A stretch of 64,000 nt of DNA from assembly GCA_023957235.1 (NCBI GenBank), contig JAMLHI010000003.1, forward strand, positions 279,371-343,370, given 5' to 3'. The notes under the pieces are model-generated. The model was not told the DNA's origin. It did not search any database and saw nothing but the letters and a program-made list of their open reading frames with translations. Both the position numbers and the translations under genes were made by a program. Origin of the DNA: Chitinophagales bacterium (lineage in GTDB: Bacteria > Bacteroidota > Bacteroidia > Chitinophagales > JADIYW01). Shown here one piece after another: positions 29,917 through 39,708 of this stretch (the first letter of the stretch is position 1; each line of letters begins with the position of its first letter).

Positions 29917-30693
29917 ATGAGCAAAAGTAAACTTTGGTTTTCAGATTATGATAACGAGTACCATCAAAAATATCATGGTATCCTTAGAAGTGATCAGGTT
30001 TCATTCATTCAAGATTTGGAACTATTGTATCCAAAGATAAAAGATGAGGTTGCTATACTTTGGATGAATAAGCAAAGTCAGTTATATGGTAGCTTTGACC
30101 AATTTGATCAATTGCAATATCCTCCCAAATCATGGAAAAAGCTAGTGATTAAAGTATGGGATGTGTGGAGTCACAAAACTCGCAATTTTTTCCCAAACCT
30201 AACTTCGTTTATAGATAAACATCCTGATATTCTGAGTTGTTATATTACTAAGACAGCACCGCTATCTGTAATCAAACAGCATTATGGTGAAACTAATGCT
30301 ACCTACCGAATACATTTGGGATTAAACGTTCCTATTGCAGAAAAGAATGAATGTTCCATCAAAGTCAGTGGAGAGGTAGAAGATTGGAAAAATGGGAAAT
30401 CTTTTGCTTTCATTGACGCAGAGCCTCATGAAGTATGGAATAAAACTAATCAGGAAAGATATGTTCTAATTATTGATGTTCTCCGACCTGAATTTATAAA
30501 GAAAAGAAAGTTTATCTGCGCTAGAATCATTTCTACTCAGTTTTTCTTTTCAATTTTTTCTAGGTTTTTAAAAAAAGAAACATTACATAACATACCAAGT
30601 GCATTCTATACAATTCTAACTTATATTACTTATTGGCCTATTTATCTGTTAAGTGAGGCTGAGAAGAAATATGGTGTTTTAAGGTTTTTATAA
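29917..30693 (+). CDS. Aspartyl/asparaginyl beta-hydroxylase (AspH/LpxO) family Fe(II)/2OG oxygenase #1 with hydrophobic C-terminal tail
   Basis: HYGETNATYRIHLGLNVP core and the distal His in DAEPHEVWNKT. The C-terminal tail is hydrophobic. The gene starts 2 nt after the stop of rSAM #1. Confidence 0.8.
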   Translation: MSKSKLWFSDYDNEYHQKYHGILRSDQVSFIQDLELLYPKIKDEVAILWMNKQSQLYGSFDQFDQLQYPPKSWKKLVIKVWDVWSHKTRNFFPNLTSFIDKHPDILSCYITKTAPLSVIKQHYGETNATYRIHLGLNVPIAEKNECSIKVSGEVEDWKNGKSFAFIDAEPHEVWNKTNQERYVLIIDVLRPEFIKKRKFICARIISTQFFFSIFSRFLKKETLHNIPSAFYTILTYITYWPIYLLSEAEKKYGVLRFL

Positions 30694-30959
30694 GCCATCC
30701 TCCCTATACCGTTTCCATTGGCTTTTCAAGCTAATGGTAAGTTTAAAAAAAAACTACAAATCCCTATCTTTGACTTGCTCTTTGCAAAGCCGACTTTAAA
30801 ACTGTTACTTCGAGTACTGATGTAACCGACTAAAAATAGCACTTCGCAATGCTACTAATGCAATAGGAAACCTTAAAGATTCAACACCTTTAAGAGACTT
30901 TTTACAGGGAATAAATTATAGAAAAGGTAGAGTTTCTGCTATAAGTGCTACTGCCAGAA

Positions 30960-31265
30960 TTAAGCATAGCGAATCACTAATACCATTGAAAACAAATATA
31001 AATAGCAATGAGTAAAACTTGGAGTAATCATTTGGAACATGGTAGTATAAGGCGCGTAATACAACAACACAAAAGGATATTTATTTTTAGTCCAAAAAAG
31101 GAAAATGGAAATTGTAAAAAGAATCCAAAAATAAATTACGAAATTTGGACTGACTAATGAAGAACTATGAACTGTAACTAATTGATATTCAGCAGCCATT
31201 TTTAAATTAGTCAGAAGCTTAAAAATTAGGGTCTTAAGATGGGATTCATATACATACTTATTCAA
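30960..31265 (-). CDS. Possible small membrane protein (uncertain)
   Basis: 101-aa ORF with a TTG start and two hydrophobic segments, lying antisense to the surrounding operon direction. It could be spurious. Confidence 0.2.
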   Translation of the reverse strand: MNKYVYESHLKTLIFKLLTNLKMAAEYQLVTVHSSSLVSPNFVIYFWILFTISIFLFWTKNKYPFVLLYYAPYTTMFQMITPSFTHCYLYLFSMVLVIRYA

Positions 31266-31416
31266 CTTAGGTTATAATATTTTAGAACTTGCTATTAAAA
31301 AAAGGTTCTTATCTAATTATGAACTTTATCAATCGGATAGTTTTTTAAATGATTTTTTGTACTTTTATCTTTTATCAAGCGCATAATGACTTGATATATG
31401 GTTGCAAATGTAATAT

Positions 31417-32079
31417 ATGGGAAAGATTGAAATAATAAGTTTTTTAATACAATATATTACTATATTACTTGTGTCTTTTTTCTATTATTTAAAATATAAA
31501 AAAGCTAAAAATAAATATTCTTCAAATCAGTTAAGTCTGAATTATGAAGATTTAATGTTAATCCTTAAGGATAAATTTAATTTAGAGATTACTATAGTAA
31601 AGACTAACTATAGTACAGAGATATCTTATAATTCCAACACAAAAAAGTTAGCCATTCCTATTAAATATAAAAACCTTTCCCAATGGTCGCTATCCTTAAT
31701 ATACAGAGAAATAGATTATTTAGTTGATACTAGCTTAAAAAACAACAAATTTAGAAACTCTTTTAATAGATTAATTTTTCACTATCTGATAGCCCTTGGT
31801 TGGATTTTTATCGGTTTCATCTTCCTTGATGATGCTATGTTTCCTTTAGTTTTCATCTATTTATTACCATTGTTATTAGCCTATTTTATTAACAAACGAT
31901 ACTCTGATAAAAGTATTGTATCTTTTAACAGCTTCATAAATGAACTTAATTTAAATATAGAACCTCCAGATAAAGAGACCCTTTTTAATTGGATATATAA
32001 GCAGCCTTATTACTTATTAGCAGTTTCATTCTCTAGACAAATAGTTATCTTAAAATGGTTGTTTTCTGACAAAGAATGA
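31417..32079 (+). CDS. Membrane protein resembling YugP-type zinc metallopeptidases but lacking HExxH
   Basis: The N-terminal TM, the KNKYS segment and the later TM pair are collinear with YugP-like proteins as recalled. The position of HExxH reads YREIDY. Confidence 0.35.
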   Translation: MGKIEIISFLIQYITILLVSFFYYLKYKKAKNKYSSNQLSLNYEDLMLILKDKFNLEITIVKTNYSTEISYNSNTKKLAIPIKYKNLSQWSLSLIYREIDYLVDTSLKNNKFRNSFNRLIFHYLIALGWIFIGFIFLDDAMFPLVFIYLLPLLLAYFINKRYSDKSIVSFNSFINELNLNIEPPDKETLFNWIYKQPYYLLAVSFSRQIVILKWLFSDKE

Positions 32080-33488
32080 AGGAAGTTTTACAGTTTTTCG
32101 AGAATTCAACAAGCACGTTATACGATGCTACTTTGACTATACAGTCTACTAAATTGCTCCATACTGCATCTACCAGTAGCAGAGAAGTTGTTCAATATAT
32201 AAATCAAAAACATACTGTCGCTTACCTAACAGAAAACTCCCCACTTGATTTCCTCTTTTGTGAAGTATTGCTTTCGCATTTAGACTGTTATCTTTTTCCA
32301 ATCTCCTTTGAGAGTTTTAAGAATGATGCAGATTACATACTTCAACATCTTAACATTCATTATATACTATTAGATTCTTCTATTCTTAATAATTGGTTGA
32401 TACGAAGACGCAATTGGGAACTGATAAAAAAAATTAAAGGCATCAAGAATATAATCTATTTATTGAAAAATAATGAGAAAATAGGCATAAAACCTTTTAA
32501 TAGCATAGAGTCAAGTATAATATTGAGCACTTCTGGAACAAGCTCAAATAAAAAATTTATTATACAATCTCCAACAAACTTTAAAGAGTCCATCAATGTA
32601 TTTTCATCCACATCTTTATTTAAGAATAAAAAAAAATATATCAATTTATTGCCTCTTTATTTTAGTGGTGGACGGAAAGTATTTTACTCTTGTATATCGA
32701 ATAATATAGATATTCATTTTGCTGATAGCTTTCATATAGAAGATCCATTTGATTTAACATCTGGTACACCTTTTATTTTAAAAAGGCTGATAGAAAACAA
32801 TCCCAAAACCAAGTATCAAGGACAGTCATTTATTTGTGGAGGAGCTAAGCTATCATTAGAATTAATCAGCAAAGCTGAGTCGGTCGGTCTTAAGGTGTAC
32901 AATGTATATGGTTTAACTGAAACATCCTCTATCGCATCATACAACACACCTGACTCCAATTTGCCAAGTTCCGTTGGAAAGCTTTGCTCTATTAATCAAT
33001 ATAAGATAATTAACAACAAGCTATTTATTAAAGGTCCCACAGTAAGCCAATACCAGATAATAAACAAACGACTACACCCTATATTGAATCAAGATGGATG
33101 GCTACAAACCAATGATATAGTTAAAAAACAAGATGGTTATTTATTTATTAAGGGAAGATCTGACTCTAAATTTAAATTGAGCAATGGCTTATTTACTACA
33201 TCAAAAAGAATAATGCAAATTATTCAATCTTATATTTCAATAAAAGAATTTGATATACATAATATTGAAAATGATCACTTTGAAATTTATCTTGATAGAA
33301 AATATATAGAAAGACAATCAATCATTATAGATGCATGCATAAATCTTAATAAAAATGAAAGTTTTATAGTACAAAAGATTAAATTTACAAAGAGCCAAAG
33401 TGATATTAATAAAGTCTCATTTAAAAAAGATACTTGTGATAACGCTGAAACTATTTTAAACGTAATAATAGATGAACATGATAAATAA
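32076..33488 (+). CDS. Acyl-AMP ligase / adenylate-forming enzyme (ANL superfamily)
   Basis: STSGTSSNKK (A3), YGLTET (A5), GWLQTNDIV (A7) and GRSDSKFKLSNG (A8). An ATGA overlap joins it to the upstream ORF. Confidence 0.8.
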   Translation: MKEVLQFFENSTSTLYDATLTIQSTKLLHTASTSSREVVQYINQKHTVAYLTENSPLDFLFCEVLLSHLDCYLFPISFESFKNDADYILQHLNIHYILLDSSILNNWLIRRRNWELIKKIKGIKNIIYLLKNNEKIGIKPFNSIESSIILSTSGTSSNKKFIIQSPTNFKESINVFSSTSLFKNKKKYINLLPLYFSGGRKVFYSCISNNIDIHFADSFHIEDPFDLTSGTPFILKRLIENNPKTKYQGQSFICGGAKLSLELISKAESVGLKVYNVYGLTETSSIASYNTPDSNLPSSVGKLCSINQYKIINNKLFIKGPTVSQYQIINKRLHPILNQDGWLQTNDIVKKQDGYLFIKGRSDSKFKLSNGLFTTSKRIMQIIQSYISIKEFDIHNIENDHFEIYLDRKYIERQSIIIDACINLNKNESFIVQKIKFTKSQSDINKVSFKKDTCDNAETILNVIIDEHDK

Positions 33489-33714
33489 GCTCATAAATAT
33501 TATCAAAGAAGAATTTCCAGAAGTTATTGATAAAACAAAAGTAATTGATCAAAACACATCTATTCAAGATGTGATACCCTTCTCCTCTTTAAACATGGCT
33601 ATACTACTAACATGTATTGAATTAGAGTTTGATGTTGTGATTCAACCTATTGAACTAAGGAAATGCAACACTTTTGAAGATTTATATCAGATTATCTTAT
33701 CATTTAGTACATGA
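33472..33714 (+). CDS. Acyl carrier protein-like
   Basis: 80 aa, with the putative phosphopantetheine site in DVIPFSSLNMAILL. It lies between the ligase and the KAS III gene and overlaps the ligase by 17 nt. Confidence 0.65.
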   Translation: MNMINKLINIIKEEFPEVIDKTKVIDQNTSIQDVIPFSSLNMAILLTCIELEFDVVIQPIELRKCNTFEDLYQIILSFST

Positions 33715-34715
33715 AAGTCCAATCTTCATTTCAAATAAAAGGTATTGTTTCTTCCTACCCTAAACAAGTTATCTTAACCGACAACATGCCATTTAATTCA
33801 ATCTCAGAATTATCTATATTTAAAAGAAAAATTGGTGTACTTAAAAGAAGAAGTTCAAGTGGAAAATTAACCGCAAAAGATCTTGGAACTCATGCAATCA
33901 AAAATCTATTAGATGGTTTAAAGTGGAAGGCAGAGGAAATCGGTCTATTAATCAATGTCACACAGACTCCCGACTACTCTACTCCAGGCAATTCTTATCT
34001 ATATCAAAAAGAATTAGAATTTCCAGATTCTTGCTTCTTAATGGATCTAAACGTAGGTTGTACAGGGTTTATTCAAAGTTTATTAATAGCTTTAGCTCAA
34101 GGAGATTTGTTAAACACTTCAAAGATAATTATTGTTTGTGGTGATACTGATATTCTAACAAGTACAGAAAGACAAGAGTCTAATAAATTAATGGGTGATG
34201 CTGTTTGTGCAATTGCTTTAGAAGCTCAAAATAAGTTGCTTGACTATACATTTAGCTTTCAAACAAACGGATCTGATTTTCAATCTATTTATTCAGAAAA
34301 CAGTTTTGCAAGATCTATTTCGAAAGACAGTTCACATCTTTTATCTCCAGTAATTCAGATGAATGGAGGACTAATTTTTAATTATATTACTCAAATTGTC
34401 ATTCCAAAATTAAAAAATATGGAATTGTCTTTAGAAACTCCCAGTCAGATACATTTCTTACACCAGCCTAATTTAATGTATTATGAATATATTATAAAAA
34501 AGATGGGGTGGGATTTTAAACAAGCACCTACTTGTATTCAGGACTTTGGAAATGTAAGTTCTGCCATGATACCTTTGATAATACAAAAAAATAAGCACTT
34601 ATTACAAAAAAATCAAAAGTCCTTGCTGGTAAGTTTTGGTGTTGGTCTATCATTTATAGCTGCTCAGATAGAACTCTCACATAATTTATTTACTAATGAA
34701 GTGGAGTGTGAATGA
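33711..34715 (+). CDS. 3-oxoacyl-ACP synthase III (FabH-like)
   Basis: Cys-His-Asn triad contexts: LNVGCTGFIQS, FLHQPN and FGNVSSAMIP. Confidence 0.8.
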   Translation: MKVQSSFQIKGIVSSYPKQVILTDNMPFNSISELSIFKRKIGVLKRRSSSGKLTAKDLGTHAIKNLLDGLKWKAEEIGLLINVTQTPDYSTPGNSYLYQKELEFPDSCFLMDLNVGCTGFIQSLLIALAQGDLLNTSKIIIVCGDTDILTSTERQESNKLMGDAVCAIALEAQNKLLDYTFSFQTNGSDFQSIYSENSFARSISKDSSHLLSPVIQMNGGLIFNYITQIVIPKLKNMELSLETPSQIHFLHQPNLMYYEYIIKKMGWDFKQAPTCIQDFGNVSSAMIPLIIQKNKHLLQKNQKSLLVSFGVGLSFIAAQIELSHNLFTNEVECE

Positions 34716-35386
34716 AAGAGAGTTTACCTATTTATATTGTTATTCCAATTTACAATTCTTCAAAATACATTATAGAAGTATTAGATGTCCTATATTTAGC
34801 TTTAAAAGAAATAAGATACCCTAATATTTCAGTTATTCTCAGCGATGATTCTTCTAATGACACAACAGTCTTTATTATTAAAAAGTATATTGAAGAAAGA
34901 AATATAACCAACTTTCATTTATTAGAACGCAAAAAGAATGTTGGTCAATCATTGAACACGATATATGCTATCAGCTCACTTCCAACACCTAGCTACTGTA
35001 TAACAATGGACAGCGATATGCAACCATCTCCCGAGGTTTTAAAAGATTTTATCCCTTATTGCCTACAATCCAAGCAAAATCTTATTATAGGCAACTTCAA
35101 TGTACATAAATTAGGATTGAGATATTTCATCTCAAAACTATATGGATTAATAATCTCTTTTAAGGCTAAAAAAAATCTACTATTTAATTATGGTTCTTCT
35201 TTTCGATGGTTTTATTTTGATGGAAAACTCAAAGATGAGTTTTTTATTCATCAAGGTAGAATAGATATTTTACTCCTTAAAAATTACAAAGAATTCTTAT
35301 TTTACAAAATAGACTATAGTCAATTAAAGAATTATAGTCAATTATCAATGAAACAGTTATTAAAAAATATTATTCGTAACAGCTAA
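34712..35386 (+). CDS. Family 2 glycosyltransferase
   Basis: IVIPIYNSSKYI, LSDDSSNDTT and TMDSDMQ (DxD). Confidence 0.8.
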   Translation: MKESLPIYIVIPIYNSSKYIIEVLDVLYLALKEIRYPNISVILSDDSSNDTTVFIIKKYIEERNITNFHLLERKKNVGQSLNTIYAISSLPTPSYCITMDSDMQPSPEVLKDFIPYCLQSKQNLIIGNFNVHKLGLRYFISKLYGLIISFKAKKNLLFNYGSSFRWFYFDGKLKDEFFIHQGRIDILLLKNYKEFLFYKIDYSQLKNYSQLSMKQLLKNIIRNS

Positions 35387-35387
35387 A

Positions 35388-36275
35388 ATGCGATATATTA
35401 AGATTGTTATATTTATATTTATAGAATTTCTTGTGTTGGGAATTATTATATATTTGACAACCCCCTTACCTGTCTATGAGGTTGAACTAGCTAAAGTTAA
35501 TCTAACAGCTAACAAAGATATTACAGAAGGAAAAAAGTTAGCAAGCGCAATATGCAGAAGCTGTCATTACAATCCAGAGCTCAACAGACTTTCAGGGATA
35601 CAACATGGTAATCCCAAAAAGTTTGGTAAAATATATTCAAGTAATATTACTAAAGATTCTATGTACGGTATTGGTTCTTGGACAGACAAAGAATTAGCAT
35701 ACTTTTTTAAAACAGGAATTAAAAAAGATGGCACATTTATTTTCGATATGCCAAAATATAATTATCTAACAGATGAAGATATTTCAAGTCTAATTGCTTA
35801 TTTAAGAAGTGACGATGACTGGGTTAAACCAGTAGCTTCAATCAAAGGACATACTCAATATTCTATATTGTCTAAAGTTCTTTTAAAGTTTTATTTCAGA
35901 CCCGAAAGCTATATTGAACATATTGCTCCAATTGACAAAAGTGATAGTGTCGCATGGGGAAAATACTTATCAACGGTGAAATATTCTTGTGCTAGTTGCC
36001 ATTCATTTAATGCGTTGACATTTAATAATAAAGAGCCAGAAAAATCTGTTGGATATTTTAAAGGAGGTAATCCACATTATGACGAATATAACAATAAAGT
36101 TTATAGCGCATCTCTAAGACCAGTTTCTAAATATAAACAAGATGATTTTATAAATATGGTTCAAACTGGAATTAAAAATAACTCAACTACTTTGAGGAGG
36201 CCTATGATTCCATTCAATATGCTAGATAAAGATGAAATAAAAGCTATATTTTTATATCTTAAGACACTCGATTAA
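35388..36275 (+). CDS. Membrane-anchored diheme c-type cytochrome
   Basis: N-terminal TM helix and two CxxCH motifs (AICRSCHY and SCASCHSF). Confidence 0.8.
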   Translation: MRYIKIVIFIFIEFLVLGIIIYLTTPLPVYEVELAKVNLTANKDITEGKKLASAICRSCHYNPELNRLSGIQHGNPKKFGKIYSSNITKDSMYGIGSWTDKELAYFFKTGIKKDGTFIFDMPKYNYLTDEDISSLIAYLRSDDDWVKPVASIKGHTQYSILSKVLLKFYFRPESYIEHIAPIDKSDSVAWGKYLSTVKYSCASCHSFNALTFNNKEPEKSVGYFKGGNPHYDEYNNKVYSASLRPVSKYKQDDFINMVQTGIKNNSTTLRRPMIPFNMLDKDEIKAIFLYLKTLD

Positions 36276-36276
36276 T

Positions 36277-36903
36277 ATGGAAGTTGAAACAAATGGGCTA
36301 ACTTTAAGAAGAATGAATTATCATGATATTGAGATGACGAGACAGCATCGTAATAATAGTCAAGTCAATAAATTTTTAATAAATAAAAAATACATTTCAA
36401 GAAAACAACAAGAACTTTGGTTTAATTCTATCAACTGGAATAAAGATTATTATTGGATAATAAAATTTAACGAAAAAGAAAATGGTTTAATATATATCAA
36501 AAATTGGGATGAAAATCTAAATGAGGCAGAGACTAATATTTTTCTCTTTCATGAAGAAGACAAAGGCAATCCTCAAATAATTAGAGCAATTTGGCTTATT
36601 GCATTTCTTTGTTTTGAGATTTTTAAAATAAAAAAGCTATTGTCAAAAACAGACAGTAAGAACATTTCCGCAATTGAAATTGATAATTTTATTGGATTTC
36701 ACCAATATAAATCAGAAAATAACTTAATTTTTTCAATTTGCAATAAGGATTCATTTAACAAAAATAAAGAGAAAATCTTAAATAAGTTTTTTAGAAAACA
36801 TAATAAAGTTTGTATAAAGAATAATCTAAACTTAAATTCAGTATTCGAACAAAAGTTAGACATATTTCTTAATAAGAAAATAAGCATATTCGATATATCA
36901 TAA
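36277..36903 (+). CDS. GNAT-family N-acetyltransferase (PseH/RimL-like N-terminus)
   Basis: LTLRRMNYHDIEMTRQHRNNSQVNKFL...ISRKQQELWF pattern. Confidence 0.55.
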   Translation: MEVETNGLTLRRMNYHDIEMTRQHRNNSQVNKFLINKKYISRKQQELWFNSINWNKDYYWIIKFNEKENGLIYIKNWDENLNEAETNIFLFHEEDKGNPQIIRAIWLIAFLCFEIFKIKKLLSKTDSKNISAIEIDNFIGFHQYKSENNLIFSICNKDSFNKNKEKILNKFFRKHNKVCIKNNLNLNSVFEQKLDIFLNKKISIFDIS

Positions 36904-36921
36904 TGCTCATTTAGAGTATTA

Positions 36922-38541
36922 TTACTCAACTATAGTCACTTGGTAAATATTAATATCGCTTTGTGGAATGTGATTTATTAAAACAAAATTCAGATGCATA
37001 TTATATATTAGCTCCAAGTATCTTTCAAAGAGTTTTTTGTACATTTCATCCATGGCAATCAGTCCACATTCTTCAACTATTTGCATCATCCTCTTATCTA
37101 TACGTCCCCAATCCTCTCCAAATTCATCAATAAATATTTTCTGAAAAACAGAATTATTATTCATGTTAGAAGCATCTAAATATTTCCAAACAGTTTTATC
37201 TCTATCAAACAGTTTTATTGGATAAGCATAAGATACATTGATACTACCTAGGTATAAACTTAAGCCATCTTCAGATAACTTATTTCGCAAATCTATAAGA
37301 GAGGTATGAGCTTTATGTATTTTTAATAGATCAGGATAAATATCCTTTCTAAAAGAACCATAATTAAGTATGCCTATAAATCCAATCAACCACAAAACAA
37401 TAATAGCCTTGGCGTTTATTAAATAGTTCATAAGCAGACAGAATATTAGCAACAAAAAGACGCTAGCAAAACGAATGTTTATTTCAGAAAATAAGTTAAG
37501 TAATAATATTAAAGAGACACAAGCAAACAAGCCTAATATTAACTTTATAAAAAAACTCCTTCTATAAAAAACTCCTATACACAAACCCATTAAAAGAATG
37601 GATAACATTATGTATTTAAAATTCACCCATAAACTATCTATTAAGCTTAATATTGTAGATTCATAATGAGAAGATAATGAGTCATTATCTAACAAGTACT
37701 CTTTCATATTATGATGAATAATAACCTCTTCGAAAGATATTTTCTGCAACTCTATATCATTAATAAAAAGTACTTTAGCAAAATTAATGATTTTTTCTCT
37801 ACTGTAGTTTTCAATATCAGAATCATATTTTGAAACAATGCTGCTGCCCATATTATATATTTTTCTTTCATATTTATTAAAGCCTCTCTCTCCATCAATA
37901 TTTGATAAGCTTAATGTTAAATAAAATAAATATATAGCACCTGTAATTAAAAGTAACCAAATCATCTCTTTTTTAATATAGTTGTATATAATAAAAAATA
38001 TCAATGAATAAGTAAAAATCAAAATTAATGGTATTTCAATTCGACATATAATGCCCAAAATCAATATAGCTATTAGTATTAAAAAATTAGACTTACTGAT
38101 GAGTTTATGAGTTTGAATAAACATAATAATACCAATCGTTATCAAACCTGATGACCTAACATTGTTAATAATCACAAAATTGTCTATTGCAAATAAAATC
38201 AACAATATGGGAGCAAAATATTTCAAAGGTGTAGTTGCATTTTTTACTATGCTATAATGAATCAAAGAAAGTCCAATAATATTTGTAATACATCTAAATA
38301 AATCATAATATGGAAAAGTGTTATCAAACCTATATAGAAAATAAAACAAATAGTTTAATAGGAAGTTTTCATTATGAATTTCATAAGGAAATACGCCTAA
38401 CTGTGCAGAGGTCTTAAAATAATAATTAATAAATGGCTCATAATCTTCAAATAATAAATAAAAATAATAATAGATAAATAAGTATATTATTGTGTATAAT
38501 AATAATATATTGATAGGTTTATTAAATTTTATATTTTGCAT
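36922..38541 (-). CDS. Polytopic membrane protein, paralogue D of a 4-member family (GT-C-like architecture, function unknown)
   Basis: About 10 or more TM segments plus a soluble C-terminal domain. It has the RIE motif (ICRIEIPL) and shares the C-terminal YLELIYNMHLNFV with paralogue C (YLNIVYNMNIAFI). Confidence 0.7.
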   Translation of the reverse strand: MQNIKFNKPINILLLYTIIYLFIYYYFYLLFEDYEPFINYYFKTSAQLGVFPYEIHNENFLLNYLFYFLYRFDNTFPYYDLFRCITNIIGLSLIHYSIVKNATTPLKYFAPILLILFAIDNFVIINNVRSSGLITIGIIMFIQTHKLISKSNFLILIAILILGIICRIEIPLILIFTYSLIFFIIYNYIKKEMIWLLLITGAIYLFYLTLSLSNIDGERGFNKYERKIYNMGSSIVSKYDSDIENYSREKIINFAKVLFINDIELQKISFEEVIIHHNMKEYLLDNDSLSSHYESTILSLIDSLWVNFKYIMLSILLMGLCIGVFYRRSFFIKLILGLFACVSLILLLNLFSEINIRFASVFLLLIFCLLMNYLINAKAIIVLWLIGFIGILNYGSFRKDIYPDLLKIHKAHTSLIDLRNKLSEDGLSLYLGSINVSYAYPIKLFDRDKTVWKYLDASNMNNNSVFQKIFIDEFGEDWGRIDKRMMQIVEECGLIAMDEMYKKLFERYLELIYNMHLNFVLINHIPQSDINIYQVTIVE

Positions 38542-38662
38542 TCCTAAATTAACGTTTTTAATTACAAGCTTTTTGACTTATTAGCTTTAAAAGTCTGTTA
38601 CAAATTTAAAATAAGATTATCCAAATAAGAAATATTAAAATGAGTAGAGTTAATTTCGTATC

Positions 38663-39658
38663 ATGTTTAAAGTAGCACTAATAGGATATGGTTATTGGGG
38701 AGTCAATTTATTGAGAAACCTGATTAACTCTGCTTCAGTTTCTAAGGTTAACGTTTGTGATATTCGTAATGAAAGGCTACAATTAGCAAAAAAAAGTTAT
38801 CCATCTATTCATACAAGTTCAGACATCTATTCTATTCTTAAAAATACAGATATAGACGTTGTCGTAATAGCCACTCCCACCTCTACGCATTATGAACTTA
38901 CAAAACGAGCTTTAAGTCATAATAAGCATGTATTAGTCGAAAAACCCATTTGTACAAGAAGCACAGAAGCAAGAGAGCTATATTCACTTGCCCAGACAAA
39001 AGGTAAAATACTTTTTACAGACTTGACTTTTTTATATAATGGAGCTGTGGAATATATCCATGACTATATTCACGATGAGAAAATAGGAGAAATAAAATAT
39101 ATAGATTCTACCAGAGTCAACTTAGGTATTTATCAAGAAGACACTAATGTAGTATGGGACTTAGCACCTCATGATATTTCTATTATACAGAAAATACTGA
39201 AGCAAAAGCCTATTCAGTTGAGAGCTATTAGCAATCCATTAAAGTCACTAAAGGATATTGACTTTGTTTATATTTTCCTCTATTATACTAATGGACTTGT
39301 CGTTCAAATTAATTGCTCTTGGGCTTCACCTACTAAGATTAGACAAATGATTATTGGAGGAGAACGAAAAATGATTATCTATGATGAAGTAGAGCCTACT
39401 CAAAAAATAAAAATTTATAATTATAGTTCTGAGCAAAAAGATAGAGATACAACTCTCATTGATTACAGGCTTGGAGATATTGTGATACCCAAGTTTTCTA
39501 CGAAAGAACCTTTACAAAAGATGTTAGAGGTTTTTTTCAGTTGTATAAAAGAGAATAAATATCTATGCATCAGTCCAGAACAAAGCATTGAAATCATCAG
39601 TATTATTGAAAATATTGAAAAGTCTCTGTTCTTAAAAGGAGAGTTGGTGAATCTATAG
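38663..39658 (+). CDS. Gfo/Idh/MocA-family NAD(P)-dependent sugar oxidoreductase
   Basis: KVALIGYGYWGVNLLRN Rossmann motif and HVLVEKP. Confidence 0.8.
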   Translation: MFKVALIGYGYWGVNLLRNLINSASVSKVNVCDIRNERLQLAKKSYPSIHTSSDIYSILKNTDIDVVVIATPTSTHYELTKRALSHNKHVLVEKPICTRSTEARELYSLAQTKGKILFTDLTFLYNGAVEYIHDYIHDEKIGEIKYIDSTRVNLGIYQEDTNVVWDLAPHDISIIQKILKQKPIQLRAISNPLKSLKDIDFVYIFLYYTNGLVVQINCSWASPTKIRQMIIGGERKMIIYDEVEPTQKIKIYNYSSEQKDRDTTLIDYRLGDIVIPKFSTKEPLQKMLEVFFSCIKENKYLCISPEQSIEIISIIENIEKSLFLKGELVNL

Positions 39659-39708
39659 GTCAATTGTACTACATAGCACATGGAAATTTTTACAAAGCTC
39701 ACAGAGCA

